Assembly (NCBI GenBank): GCA_951406725.2
Contig: OX597814.1
Coordinates: 98,394,001 to 98,458,000 of the forward strand
Length of the DNA stretch: 64,000 bases
Direction of reading: 5' to 3'
DNA from: Octopus vulgaris
Taxonomy: Eukaryota
A model generated the notes under the pieces. That model was not told the origin of the DNA and ran no database searches. It saw only the letters and a program-made list of their open reading frames with translations. The translations under genes and the position numbers were made by a program. Each line of letters begins with the position of its first letter. The first letter of the stretch is position 1. Below, in pieces: positions 42,210 to 54,664 of this stretch.

Positions 42210-42625
42210 ACTCTTTTATTCTTTTATTTCTTTCAGTCATTTAATTGCGGCCATGCTGGAGTACCGCCTTTAGTCGAACGAATCGACTCCAGGACTTATT
42301 CTTTGTAAGTCTAGTACTTATTCTATCGGCCTCTTTAGCCGAACCGCTAAGTTACGGGGACATAAAAATACCAACTTCGGTTGTCAGGCGATGGTAGGGA
42401 GACAAACACAGACACACAAAAATATACATACATACATCATATATATATAAATATATATACATACATACACGACGGGCTTCATTCAGTTTCCGTCTACCAG
42501 ATCCACTCAGAAAGTTTGGACGACTCGAAACTATAGTAGAAGATACTTGGCTAAGGTACCACGCAATGGAACTGAACCCGGAACCATGAGGTTGGGAAGC
42601 CAGCTTCTTACCACACAGCCAGGCC
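42210..42625 (-). mobile_element. SINE family A
   Basis: Reverse-complement family A match. Confidence 0.88.
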
Positions 42626-42628
42626 AAC

Positions 42629-42952
42629 ATGTATGTATGCACACACAAACACATATACATGCATACATGCATACATACATACATACATACATACATACAT
42701 ACATACATACATAAATACATACATACATATATACATACACACATACATACATACATACATACATACACACATACATACATACATACATACATACATACAT
42801 ACATACATACATACATACATACATACATACACACATACATACATACATACATACATACATACACACACATACATACATACATACATACATACATACATAC
42901 ATACATACATACATACATACATACATACATGCATACGTACATACATACATAC
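42629..42952. repeat. (TACA)n microsatellite
   Basis: Direct reading. Confidence 0.95.
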
Positions 42953-43569
42953 ACAGAAGTTCTAAATGACCGCTATATCTGGAACTTCAAAAGTCTGCAA
43001 GAACTTCTTAAGTTTTAAAGGATGGCGGTTAGATTATTTCCCAACCTTGCAACCCAGTCGGTGGCCGGTAAAAGTTTACTTTAATTTAAAAAAGGAAGGA
43101 AAACACAGACAGACACACAGACACACGTGTGCGTATGTTCATATGAATGCATGTGTGTATATATATATGCATGTGAATGTGTTTGTGTGTGTGCGTTCCG
43201 TGTGGCGGTTGATTTCTGTTGTTCGAAGAAAAGAATTCAATGGCCTATCAACTGAATGACCTGCTCCTGATTTAATATGTAAGTTTTTGTCACGTACCTT
43301 TAACATAATTGTCAGGCAACGTCAGCGTGATATGTACGTGTGACAAGGGTGTAACTTTTTTGAGTACAGTTGCAGTCCATTCAATGTATACAGTTTTCCT
43401 CTGCGCAATCTTAATTTCATTTACAAGGTATGGGTCGACTTGTGATTATAAAAAAAATGCCATTTGTCCAAGAGAGCATTTGGTCAGATCGAAGTCCAGG
43501 ACATTGTAGTTGCGGAGCAAAGTTCTTAACCATTCTGACATACTGCTACTCCTCCCGCAATTACATATA

Positions 43570-43700
43570 CAGGGTGTCCCAAAAAAATGTATACACACCT
43601 TAAATAATTGTAAATTTGTTATTCTTTGTAAGCCTAGTACTTATTCTATCGTTCTCTTTTGCCGAACCACTATGTGTATACATTTTTTGGGGACACCCTG
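43570..43700. mobile_element. 131-bp Tc1/mariner-type MITE
   Basis: TA|cagggtgtcccaaaaaaatgtatacaca ... tgtgtatacattttttggggacaccctg|TA. Confidence 0.9.
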
Positions 43701-43777
43701 TATATATGTGTGTGTGCATGTGTGCATGTGCGTGTGTGTGTGAGTGTGTGTGCGAATATGTGTGTGCGCACATTTAT

Positions 43778-44150
43778 GTGTTTGGCTAAGAAGCTCATTC
43801 TCAACGACATGGTTCCGAGTTTAGTCCTACTGCGCTACAACTTTGTCAAGGTTTTCCTACTCTAGCCTCAGGCCAACCAATGACTTGTGAGTGCATTTTG
43901 TAGTCGGAAACAGAAAGAAGCCATCGTATGTATGTATGTATGTATGTATGTATGTATGTATGTATGTATGTATGTATGTATGTATGTGTGTGTATGTGCT
44001 TACGTCCCCATAGCTAGCGGCTCGGTAAAAGAGAAAAAAGAGAACGATAGAATAAGTATAAAAATGAAAAAAATAAGGAGAGGGGCGATTCGTTGAACTA
44101 AAAGTTTTCGAGACAGTGTCCCAGTACGGGTAATTTGATTTAGTCATTAA
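43778..44150 (+). mobile_element. SINE family A, degraded
   Basis: Head and core similarity with internal (TATG)n. Confidence 0.75.
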
Positions 44151-44190
44151 AATTCCCACACATATTGTATTGACCAATCTATCACAATTA

Positions 44191-44808
44191 AGGCGGCGAG
44201 CTGGCAGAAACGTTAGCACGCCGGGCGAAATGCGTAGCCGTATTTCGTCTGCCGTTACGTTCTGAGTTCAAATTCCGCAAAGGTCGACTTTGCCTTTCAT
44301 CCTTTCGGGGTCGATAAATTAAGTACCAGTTACGCACTAGGGTCGATGTAATCGACTTAATCCGTTTGTCTGTCCTTGTTTGTCCTCTCTGTGTTTAACC
44401 CCTTGTGGGTAGTAAAGAAATAGGTATTTCGTTCGCCGCTACGTTCTGAGTTCAAATTCCACCGAGGTGGATTTTGCCTTTCATCCTTTCGGGGTCGATA
44501 AATTAAGTACCAGTTACGCACTGGGGTCAATGTAATCGATTTAATCCGTTCGTCTGTCCATGTTTGTCTCCTCTATGTTTAGCCCCTTGTGGGCAATAAA
44601 GAAATAAGAAACGTTAGCAAGCCGAACGAAATGCTTAGTAGTATTTCGTCTGCCACTACGATCTGAGTTCAAATTCCACCGCGGCAGACTTTGCTTTTTA
44701 TCCTTTTTGGAGTCAATAAGTTATGTACTAGTTATGTATTGGGGTCGATCTAATCGACTTGTCCTCTCTCCCAAAATTTCGACCCTTGTGCCTAGAGTAA
44801 AAAGAATC
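44191..44808 (+). mobile_element. Multimeric family B SINE (two Tx1-tailed units plus one standard unit)
   Basis: Same unit junction (aaagaaata|ggtatttcg) as 15996-16600. Confidence 0.88.
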
Positions 44809-45299
44809 AACTTAAATATATTTTATCGTTTACACCCAACTCTGAAACTTAGGTCCCTAATAGCATAATACGCATTCTGGCTAGTCCAGCTAACAGAAAA
44901 TTCCAAGTACTCACTCCATACACTGTTGCTCTTTCCACCATTCTGCTATCTCACTTAGCATCCCGTTGCCCTAACCACGCAATGACTGGTCACTTCTTTC
45001 TTCATATCTTCCTCTTACTTGAAAACTTCATACATCTATCCCTCGTCATATTTGTTGGATTCCATTTGCCTATTGTTATGACCTTGTATCCTCCGTCTCT
45101 CTTTCTTTAAGCTCACTCCTCGACTTCTCCCGCAACGAGTATATCTTTATTTCCTACACACGTTCTTATCTCACCCTCCTCCGATGGAATAGATTGTTAC
45201 TAAAAATATTGGCGGTCGGCCACCTTACGAGGAAATGTAACATCTGCGCGTCTGTTCTTGAAAGTGTCGTGTTTACCTGCGCACCTTCTTCCTTCCCAT

Positions 45300-46130
45300 C
45301 CAGGTTTGGATTTTTCTTATCTTGACCTGCTTCGCCTATTATCTAATATCAATAATATGGACTTATCTATAATCATTCCTCGAGAATACCAGCTTATACC
45401 AAACTACTACGAACATCCCTCAACTGATCTTTTAGTGTCCTATGACATAAACTTTTGTAGTAGTCACTTAGTTTTGTCAATGTCATAATCTGACCTGATA
45501 CTAGTTTGTCTGCTTAAGTCTTTATTCTATTATACATATACCAGCTCCATTGAAACCCAGCCTATAGCCAGTTTTTATTATGCAGCTATAAAATTCCCTG
45601 CTGTTTCTATTGCAGATCAAGTGGAAGATTTAGGCGGCAAGTCAACCGGAGCACTATTATCTTACGTCAGCAGAATTATTATTACTTGAAATATACCTAA
45701 TGCGATGAATTACAACCACTATATGATTGTCAGAAGTGGCAGTGTGGTAAGTAGCTTGCTTACCAACCACGTGGTTCCGGGTTCATTCCCACTCCGTGGC
45801 ACCTTGGGCAAGTGTTTTCTACTATAGCCTCGGGTCGATAAAAGCCTTGTGAGTGGATTTGGTGGACGGAAACTGAAAGAAGTCCATCGTATATACGTAT
45901 ATATGTATGTGTGTGTATATGTTTGTGTGTCTGTGTTTGTCCCCACAACATCGCTAGACAACCGATGGTGGTGTGTTTACGTCTCCCGTAACTTAGCGGT
46001 TCGGCAAAAGAGCCTGATAGAATAAGTACTAAGGTTCCAAAGAATAAGTCCTGGGGTCGATTTGCTCGACTAAAGGCGGTGCTCCATAACTACCGTCCCG
46101 GCTATAATCCTAGAGCCCTAGTAATCCGTT
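45300..46130 (-). mobile_element. Decayed Penelope-like element remnant, interrupted by a SINE
   Basis: Minus strand IVVVIHRIRY..LRDVRSSLV*AG, resembling the PLE post-RT region; 31/32 inverted match to 47779-47810. Confidence 0.5.
45733..46087 (+). mobile_element. SINE family A
   Basis: Matches 9958. Confidence 0.88.
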
Positions 46131-46407
46131 ACAGCACTTAACTAGTTTTCATAATCATTTAGATCACCTGTGAACTAAACTCCCATATTATATATATATA
46201 TATATATAAACATAGACTATATATATGTATATATATATATATATACATGTATGTATATATATATATATATAAAAATAAATATAAGAGAATGCTCATTCTA
46301 GCACTAGAAAATCCAAAAGGTTTCAACCACAAAAATACATGTTTCCTATGAAAGTCAGTACGATTGTTAGCTCACACGAACAGGGCAAATAAAAAATAAC
46401 AAAAATA

Positions 46408-46502
46408 CAGATTATTTTGGGACAATTGTTTCGCTATTAATGAATTAAATGTAATTTTACTTACAAAAAACCCACTTGTAGCTCCTCAGCCAAAACTATC
46501 TG
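46408..46502 (-). ncRNA. Type I hammerhead ribozyme (antisense copy)
   Basis: Reverse complement of 46679-46773. Confidence 0.85.
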
Positions 46503-46678
46503 GATGAAATCCACTCAATCACACGCCAGATTTTACCATAACGATAAATACACGCGTGGTTCAATTGATTACATCCGACGTTATAATTCAAATGCCCTTA
46601 CCAACAGCGCGCCAAATTGAACCACGCGTGTATTTATCGTTATGGTAAAATCTGGCGTGTGATTGAGTGGATTTCATC

Positions 46679-46773
46679 CAGATAGTTTTGGCTGAGGAGC
46701 TACAAGTGGGTTTTTTGTAAGTAAAATTACATTTAATTCATTAATAGCGAAACAATTGTCCCAAAATAATCTG
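46679..46773 (+). ncRNA. Type I hammerhead ribozyme with extended stem II
   Basis: Stem I cagatagttttgg/ccaaaataatctg; CTGAGGA; gcta...tagc; GAAAC-aatt-GTC; predicted cleavage after 46760. Confidence 0.88.
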
Positions 46774-47213
46774 TATTTTTGTTATTTTTTATTTGCCCTG
46801 TTCGTGTGAGCTAACAATCGTACTGACTTTCATAGGAAACATGTATTTTTGTGGTTGAAACCTTTTGGATTTTCTAGTGCTAGAATGAGCCACATAGTGA
46901 CCATTCTCTTATATTTATTTTTGTATAAAATATTATAATATATTATAAAATATTATAATAATCCAGGTTTCTCGAGGCACTGGGCCACTTGGTGTTGAAT
47001 AGATATGCTATTAAATTAGTATCTAATTCTCTCACCCTTATTAATTAATTATAATTATGCTACATTTATTTCTAAATGTAGTATTTGTTTCCGTGAAAGT
47101 TTGGCGCGCTGTTGGTAAGGGCATTTGAATTATAACGTCGGATGTAATCAATTGAACCACGCGTGTATTTATCGTTATGGTAAAATCTGGCGTGTGATTG
47201 AGTGGATTTCATC

Positions 47214-47308
47214 CAGATAGTTTTGGCTGAGGAGCTACAAGTGGGTTTTTTGTAAGTAAAATTACATTTAATTCATTAATAGCGAAACAATTGTCCCAAA
47301 ATAATCTG
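47214..47308 (+). ncRNA. Type I hammerhead ribozyme (second tandem copy)
   Basis: Identical to 46679-46773; predicted cleavage after 47295. Confidence 0.88.
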
Positions 47309-47579
47309 TATTTTTGTTATTTTTTATTTGCCCTGTTCGTGTGAGCTAACAATCGTACTGACTTTCATAGGAAACATGTATTTTTGTGGTTGAAACCTTT
47401 TGGATTTTCTAGTGCTAGAATGAGCCACATAGTGACCATTCTCTTATATTTATTTTTGTATAAAATATTATAATATATTATAAAATATTATAATAATCCA
47501 GGTTTCTCGAGGCACTGGGCCACTTGGTGTTGAATAGATATGCTATTAAATTAGTATCTAATTCTCTCACCCTTATTAA

Positions 47580-47630
<51 letters not shown>

Positions 47631-48194
47631 GTATGTATATATATATATATATTATGTGAATATATATATATATATATATATATCAAAAGGATGTATTATA
47701 ATACTATTCCACATATACAAAAACAGCCATACTAACAATCCAACATACCCCTTCTCCGTCCTAGATACTACGCTGGGAATATAGTGGGTGTAATTCATCG
47801 CATTAGGTATCATTCATGACTGACTTGATCCTATTACGTAAGCCAACGAAAAAGCATTTATGTTTAATGTTTCAATAACTGATTCCGGATGTGTCAACCA
47901 CCCATAAAGCTGTAAAAGTGATTTAAAAAAAAAGAAGTTGACTAACTAGCGAAAGTTTTTGAAGGAGAGATGCAGATCCCCAATTTATCAATTTTTTGTG
48001 GGTGTATTTTCTTAGCTGTTTTTCTTAGTTGTACTAGGTTTATACCATCGTCTAGATTCCTACAGCTTAACACTTTTACAGCTTTACACTAAACAAGTAC
48101 TCTAGAAGTTATCTAAGATTATACCAGAATCCCCACAAAATTTTTTCTCATATAACTATACAGACCTACATGCACTCATAAAGAATACTATATA

Positions 48195-48625
48195 GGCGTA
48201 GGAGTGGCTGTGTGGTAAGTAGCTTGCTTACGAACCACATGGTTACGGATTCAGTCCCACTGCGTGGCACCTTGGGCAAGTGTCTTCTACTATAGCCTCG
48301 GGCCAACCAAATCCTTGTGAGTGGATTTGGTAGACGTAAACTGAAAGAAGCCCGTCGTATATATGTGTATATATATATATGTATATGTGTGTGTATATGC
48401 TTGCGTGTCTGTGTCTGCCCCTCCCCAACATCGCTTGACAACCGATGATGGTGTGTTTACGTCCCCGTAACTTAACAGTTCGGCAAAACAGACCGATAGA
48501 ATAAGTACTAGGCTTACAAAGAATAAGTCCTGGGGTCGATTTGCTCGACTAAAGGCGGTGCTCCAGCATGGCCACAGTCAAATGACTGAAACAAATAAAG
48601 GAGTAAAGGAGTAAGGAGTAAGGAG
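48195..48625 (+). mobile_element. SINE family A, full length
   Basis: Head, core and (ggagtaa)n tail. Confidence 0.9.
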
Positions 48626-49427
48626 TATGCAAATAAATTGCAAGACTCCTTTCCTTTTTCTTCTTTTTTATTGTCTTTTTAATTGAATCATATTTTATTT
48701 TTGTTTCCCTTTTCATACATTAATATATACACACCTTCAATATCAGCCCCACTTTAGCAAAATGTGCGGAAAAGAATTTTAAGAAATTTTGTAAACGAAC
48801 AGTAAGCAAACCCTCCCTCCATATAACACGAAGGTTAAAAACCCTATATACCAATTAAATTGCTTTTAGAACAATGAACACCTAAAGAGAAACATATAGA
48901 CATACAAACTTTGCCCAAATCAAAGCGTACAAGAGACAATATTCTATACTAACAAAGCATTGACCTGCTTAACTAATAACCCCTACTTCACAAATTGGAA
49001 CAAGAAATACCCTAAATAATGATAATAATAAGTAAAAAAAAAATCAATCTAAATTTACCACCAACTACAAACGTTTGCGAAAAAATTGACATACCCAGCT
49101 ACTACGGGTTTAAATACTGGACATTGTAACTTTGACTTTTATAAGTTCAAGGCAAAACGATTAAACCCAATAATTTCAAAAGCAACAAAATTACTGTCAC
49201 ACCTTGTACCTACTTAAGAAAAGAGAAACACTTACACAGTTGTTTACAATGTTCCACATAAATGAATAAATTAAAAACAATAACTTAATCCCAAATTTAA
49301 TCAATAAAATTTCCCTCCATAACAACCAACTATAATATCCTAATGAATACTCTAGTCCAACCCAAAAACCCAAGGAAGATTTAAGGTCAGCTGGGACTGT
49401 ATAAAGGGAAGACAAATTCTAATGCAT

Positions 49428-49472
49428 CAGAGACCGATGACGGCTTAGCTGGTCGAAACTTCGAAGTCACTG
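49428..49472 (+). ncRNA. Degenerate hammerhead remnant
   Basis: CCGATGA-cggcttagctggtc-GAAAC-ttcgaa-GTC; palindromic loop III; U4 mutated. Confidence 0.55.
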
Positions 49473-49689
49473 TCAACAACATTAATACATATTTACTCTA
49501 CAGAAGCATAGAGTAATCCATCAGATTAATTCAGAAGTCTTCTTATTATAACTGAACATAAGACCAGACATTAATATATATATAACGAAAACAACTAGCA
49601 TCATAGCATCAGAATTTTGAAATATCTATAAAACCGTCATTATTTTTACCTTTTTTTTTATTTATTATTAGTGTTGCTTAATATGTTTT

Positions 49690-50834
49690 GCTAAAATTAC
49701 TGTTTCATTTCAGATATCATCAGAAAAAAGGTTATTAAAATCCATTAAAATGACAAATCTGTCGGACTTTCAAAGTGATCAAATTGTTGGTACTCGTGTG
49801 GATGGTAGGCGCTACCGTAATGAAAACACCCGAAATATTTGGTGAATCAAGAAGTACTGTCTCGAAATTAACGACAGCCTTTGAGAAAGAGGGAAAAAAA
49901 CCTCCTCGTCGAAACAAAACACCAGAAGAAAACCAAAACTTTCAGATAGAGACAGTCGGACTCTTACATGAATTGTTAGAAAGGATCACGAACTAGCTCC
50001 CCAAAATTACTGCAGAACTTAATGACCACCACGAGAACCTAGTTTCCAGAAAAACTGTTCGCTAGGAGCTGCACAAAACCGGGTTTCACTGGAGGGCTGC
50101 AATCAGAAAACCACTACTTTCAAAAACAAACATTGCAAAGCGTTTAGAGTGGAGTAAAAACCTACAGAATTGGTCCTTAGAGCCGTGGAAGAATGTATCT
50201 TCTCGTTCGAGTCATCCTTTACCTTATTTCCGACCACTGGCCGAGTATACGTGTGGAGACAGCCAAAAGAAGCACTTGACTCTGACAGCCTTTTTCCAAC
50301 TGTTAAACAAGAAAGAAGAGAATCTGCTAAGATCGCGGGGTGGGCTATATCTTGGAAATCAGCCGGCCCAATGGTTTCCCTTGATCGCAGAATTAATAGT
50401 CGAGACTATTTAAGCATTTTATCTGATCAAATTCATCAGTTGCGGAACTGTGTCTGGAGAGAAACGCAATCTTTCACGATTATAATTCACTAATTCACAC
50501 AGCTAAAGTTGTTACTGAATGGCACCAGGAACATTCTAATGAAGTTAAACATCTTAGCTGGCTACCACAGTCCCCAGATCTCAATATTATTGAATATTTA
50601 TGGTGCATTTTAGAAAAACAAGTAAGGATTCGATATCGTCCACCATCATCATTACAAGAACTGGAGACTGTTTTAGCTGAAGAATGGACAAATATTCCTT
50701 TGGAAACAATTCAAACTTTGTACGAGTCCATATCTAGTAGTATTCACGCTGTAATTACTGCCAAAGGTGGTCCTACCGTATATTAAAATAAATTTGTTTG
50801 AAATTATTTAGGTGTTTCCAATATTTTGTTCAAC

Positions 50835-50839
<5 letters not shown>
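49690..50839 (+). mobile_element. Decayed Tc1 (DD34E) transposon, 5' TIR not seen
   Basis: MTNLSDFQ, ESSFTLFPTTGRVYVWR, WLPQSPDLNIIEYLW, AVITAKGGPT; 3' TIR attttgttcaacccct then (TA)n. Confidence 0.9.
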
Positions 50840-50893
<54 letters not shown>

Positions 50894-52174
50894 TATGTAT
50901 ACACTAGACAGAGTCAAACGTATTTTTCATATTCTAAACTTTAATTAACAGTTCAAACAAATTACATGTAAAAGCATTTATTCATCAAAATATATCCTGT
51001 CATATTCTATGGTCTGTCGCCATTGTTGTACCAGAAGCCCAATTCCTTGGTTATAACACTTGACTGGTTTGCAGACAAAGATCTCTTTTTGCACCCATTT
51101 CATACCACATCCACATTGTTGAACCGTCACCTGTACAAGAAATGAGCTATGGCTCTGAAAAGACAGAAATCTGATGGACTGTAGGTAATGTGAGGCAGCA
51201 CTTCCAACCCCGCAAGTGTATATGTTATAAATGAAATTAAATAATAAGAAATTCAGCAATGATTAGACAGGTTAATGAGATAACATGGAGATATAAGTTG
51301 CCAAAAATCATCACCGAAAATCCGGAAAAACTTTTGAATCAATCTGGCACGTGTAATTATATATATTAAATCTGCAGAATTTACAGAGGATTTCAAGAGC
51401 CGAGAATTTCGTACATTGGCACAAGAATACTTTATACTGTTTTGTGGTGTAAGACTAGTGTTTCGAATAATTCAACTCCATTCCATCTATGTTTCTCTGT
51501 CACTAAATTTAGTTTGTGTGTAAGCATGCACTTATGTTTTGCCCAGTTAAAAACTGCTATTTATAAATAAATACTCTTTAGATAACCTGTTGGGAACACA
51601 TTTACTGGAGACTAAGACAGAAAGCTTTCTATTTAAAAAGATGATGTTTCTGTTGAAGCCAGACAATCCTAGGAAATCTAAAACCTTTACTCTACATTAC
51701 TATGAACTGTGTTCAATGAAATCACTACAATATCTCTAAGTCGCAGCGTTAAATAAGTGGCTGTATTCATATCACTAACGAAAACTCGGCAGCAACAGGC
51801 CGATGAAAATTTATGTGAGATAATAATAAATTGTCTGTGTAAGAATATGGAAACTCTATATGAGTTATTTGAGTAGAGATCAAGCAGTAAGAAAACGATT
51901 AAAAGATTTGGGACAAATGTGTATAGAAAATCTTCGTGCAATGCTTATTTAGTTTTGTCGCGTTGTGCTTCTTTTTGGAAATATAGCAGCAACAGGATGA
52001 GCACTAAGAAGATCCACAGTATCGAATACTGCAGAAAATCACATTAATTTATAGGACCATTTGAAATATCGGAACCGAATAAATTGTAATTTCTTTCGCC
52101 TGATTTCCAATTTGAGTTATATAGTACGAAAAAACAATTTTGTATTTGTCTTCGTTTTCACTTTTAATAAAACA

Positions 52175-52622
52175 CTAGCAGTATAGCCCGGCGTTGCTCG
52201 GGTTTGTTTTTTAGTTGCGCTTAAAACGGCAGACTTCGATGTCGCGTTAATACAGTTTTGACATAGTTTCAATCTTTTTTGAAAAGTAAAAATTTTGCAT
52301 TATGTAGCTTGTTATTCTCTTTAAGTGAACATTTTTCTGGTTGAAATACACCGAAAAATGGCGACACAGCAGTCAAAACAATCGTAAAAAATAGGGATTT
52401 TCATAGAAAAAAAAAGCACCTTTTTGATGTAAATAATTTTTGGTCTTAACATGGTCCGATTTGATTTTTTTCTTCTACGGAATGAAGAGCAAGCCTTCTT
52501 CTATCATACTCTCAATTTTGGTCAACTTGCGCCGCAGGGTCTCGCAGGAGATAGTGTTAGTTGAAGGCTACCAAACCTGCCACACACACACACACAGACA
52601 ACTTCAGCTTTATATGTATAGA
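52175..52622 (-). mobile_element. Non-autonomous Helitron (Lep1-like architecture)
   Basis: Minus strand A|TC start, (TG)n, hairpin cccgagc-aac-gccggg, CTAG|T end. Confidence 0.88.
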
Positions 52623-54025
52623 TTATTAAATTAGAAGTAAATATTAACGATGTCAATATATTTAGAACAATATAATTGCATTGATGTTGTCGTCAATTAA
52701 GGTGTTGCGCATTGCTAATACAATTATATACCAATCTGCTGAGCGATAATAGTTGAAAGAAACTAAAACACTAGATTTTATCTAAAAAAAACTAAATCAA
52801 TTTCAACCGATCTGAAAGAATTTAGCGTGTGCAAATTAGCGGCTGGAGATATGAGAACTAACATTTTAAGATGAGTAGAAATTTGGCGCATGAATCATTT
52901 GAAGAGTCGGAGTTTATCCAAGTTAAAAGCGCTCCACAAATATTTGTAGATGCATACTTACTTCTAAGAATCCAAGAATCAAATAAAATAAAAAATAAGT
53001 TCTCAACGGACGATCAATGCTGATTTTAAGACCTATGTAGGCTTGTAAAATCCAGCAAAACTGTTTAGTCACAGTTACTATAAGAATTTTGATATTGTTT
53101 TATAGCAGGATCCAACGCATTTTGTAAAAAAATATTCGTAAATACAAACAACATTATTTCTACTAACAGGATAAAGTTTGTGATTGAAAAACAAAAAACA
53201 AATAAAGTATAACAACCGAAATCGTTATTTCTACATTCTTAACTGCGTATATTTAGATATGCCAGAGATTAATTTCCTGTGTATTTTAACACATCTACCT
53301 AACCCTGTATATTTATCTAACCTTTAATGTATCGCAAGCTTTAGTCAACTTATCTACCTGTTTCACCATTCACGTGTACCAAACTGATTCATTATTTAAT
53401 AATAGAATATACTTCTAAAGGTACAGATTCTACTCAGTGTCAAAATTATTAAAAATTATGTAAATAATAGTTTCTATAATGAAAGCAACTACCAAATTCC
53501 AGATTTATGGCACGAAACAAATGTGAGATAAATATCTTTGTATAGCATATTGTAGCTTGCATTTTCAGAGAATCTGGTACCTTTGAATTCTGCACGTTTG
53601 AATTCGTAACCCTGATTTGTTACTCTATCTATTTTGCAGAAGTAGGACTATAACAATCAAATCAAGCACATTACATGCCTAGTTGTTATTTCAAATTCTA
53701 GGAAAGGAAAGATAATGTGAACTACAAAGAATCTTGGAGCCAGAATTAAAATTTAAATCTACTGATCTTAAGAAAAGAAACAGTTAAATAACATTCAAGT
53801 GTAAAATTCGGAATATAAACTTTTATTTAAAAGATGCCATCTTAAACTATACAAACTTGAATGTTACTATGTAACAGAGAACAAAAGCAAACTGCTAAAT
53901 GAGCTTACAAAATTCTTCTTAGAATGCACTACTTATGTAGGATATGATGTCAGAACAGGTCAATCCTCTTCGTTTTAGTACCGCAGTAACTTTCAACTAT
54001 CAAAGTCTAGGGCATCGTATTATTC

Positions 54026-54064
54026 GACTGATGGGAAGATTCACATTGAATCTTCCCATCAGTC
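54026..54064. other. Perfect 18-bp hairpin with 3-nt loop
   Basis: gactgatgggaagattca-cat-tgaatcttcccatcagtc. Confidence 0.9.
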
Positions 54065-54224
54065 TTGATCTAGCGTGACCCTACTTGATGTTCTGTTTAT
54101 AGAAACTCAGTTAAGTTATTAAAACCATTTCATAGTCCTTGAGAGTTGAAGAGATATGTTGTCAAAGAATTTTAAGATACGAATCCGTTTACATAATGCT
54201 GTGGGTATTTCTTCTATTTCTTCT

Positions 54225-54438
<214 letters not shown>

Positions 54439-54442
54439 GTTT

Positions 54443-54600
54443 CAGATTTTGCTACAAGGGCAGCAATTTTGTGGGGTGAGTCGATTACATCGATCCCAGT
54501 GTTCATCTGGTACTTAATTCATCGACCCCCACCCCAAGAGGATGAAAGGCAAAGTCAACTTCGCGGGAATTTGAATTCAGAACGAAGCGACGGGCGAAAT
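54443..54600 (-). mobile_element. SINE family B
   Basis: ggatgaaaggcaaagtc core. Confidence 0.8.
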
Positions 54601-54609
54601 ATTATTATC

Positions 54610-54664
<55 letters not shown>

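Larger units (their letters stand above)
46271..47588 (+). mobile_element. Young non-coding HHR element, family 2: inverted partial copy plus ~1.8 tandem 535-nt units in (TA)n
   Basis: 46271-46616 is the reverse complement of the unit; 46615-47053 recurs at 47150-47588; (TA)n on both flanks. Confidence 0.9.
47690..49520 (+). mobile_element. Decayed Penelope-like element, 3' part
   Basis: IYKNSHT...GNIVGVIHRIRY resembles the PLE post-RT motif; ends in a degenerate HHR; SINE inserted. Confidence 0.55.

Noticed and set aside
50978-51259. Cys/Trp-containing ORF with acceptor-like sites (cttttcag, ttgtacag)
   Set aside because: No recognisable domain and no firm exon boundaries; cannot be supported without RNA data
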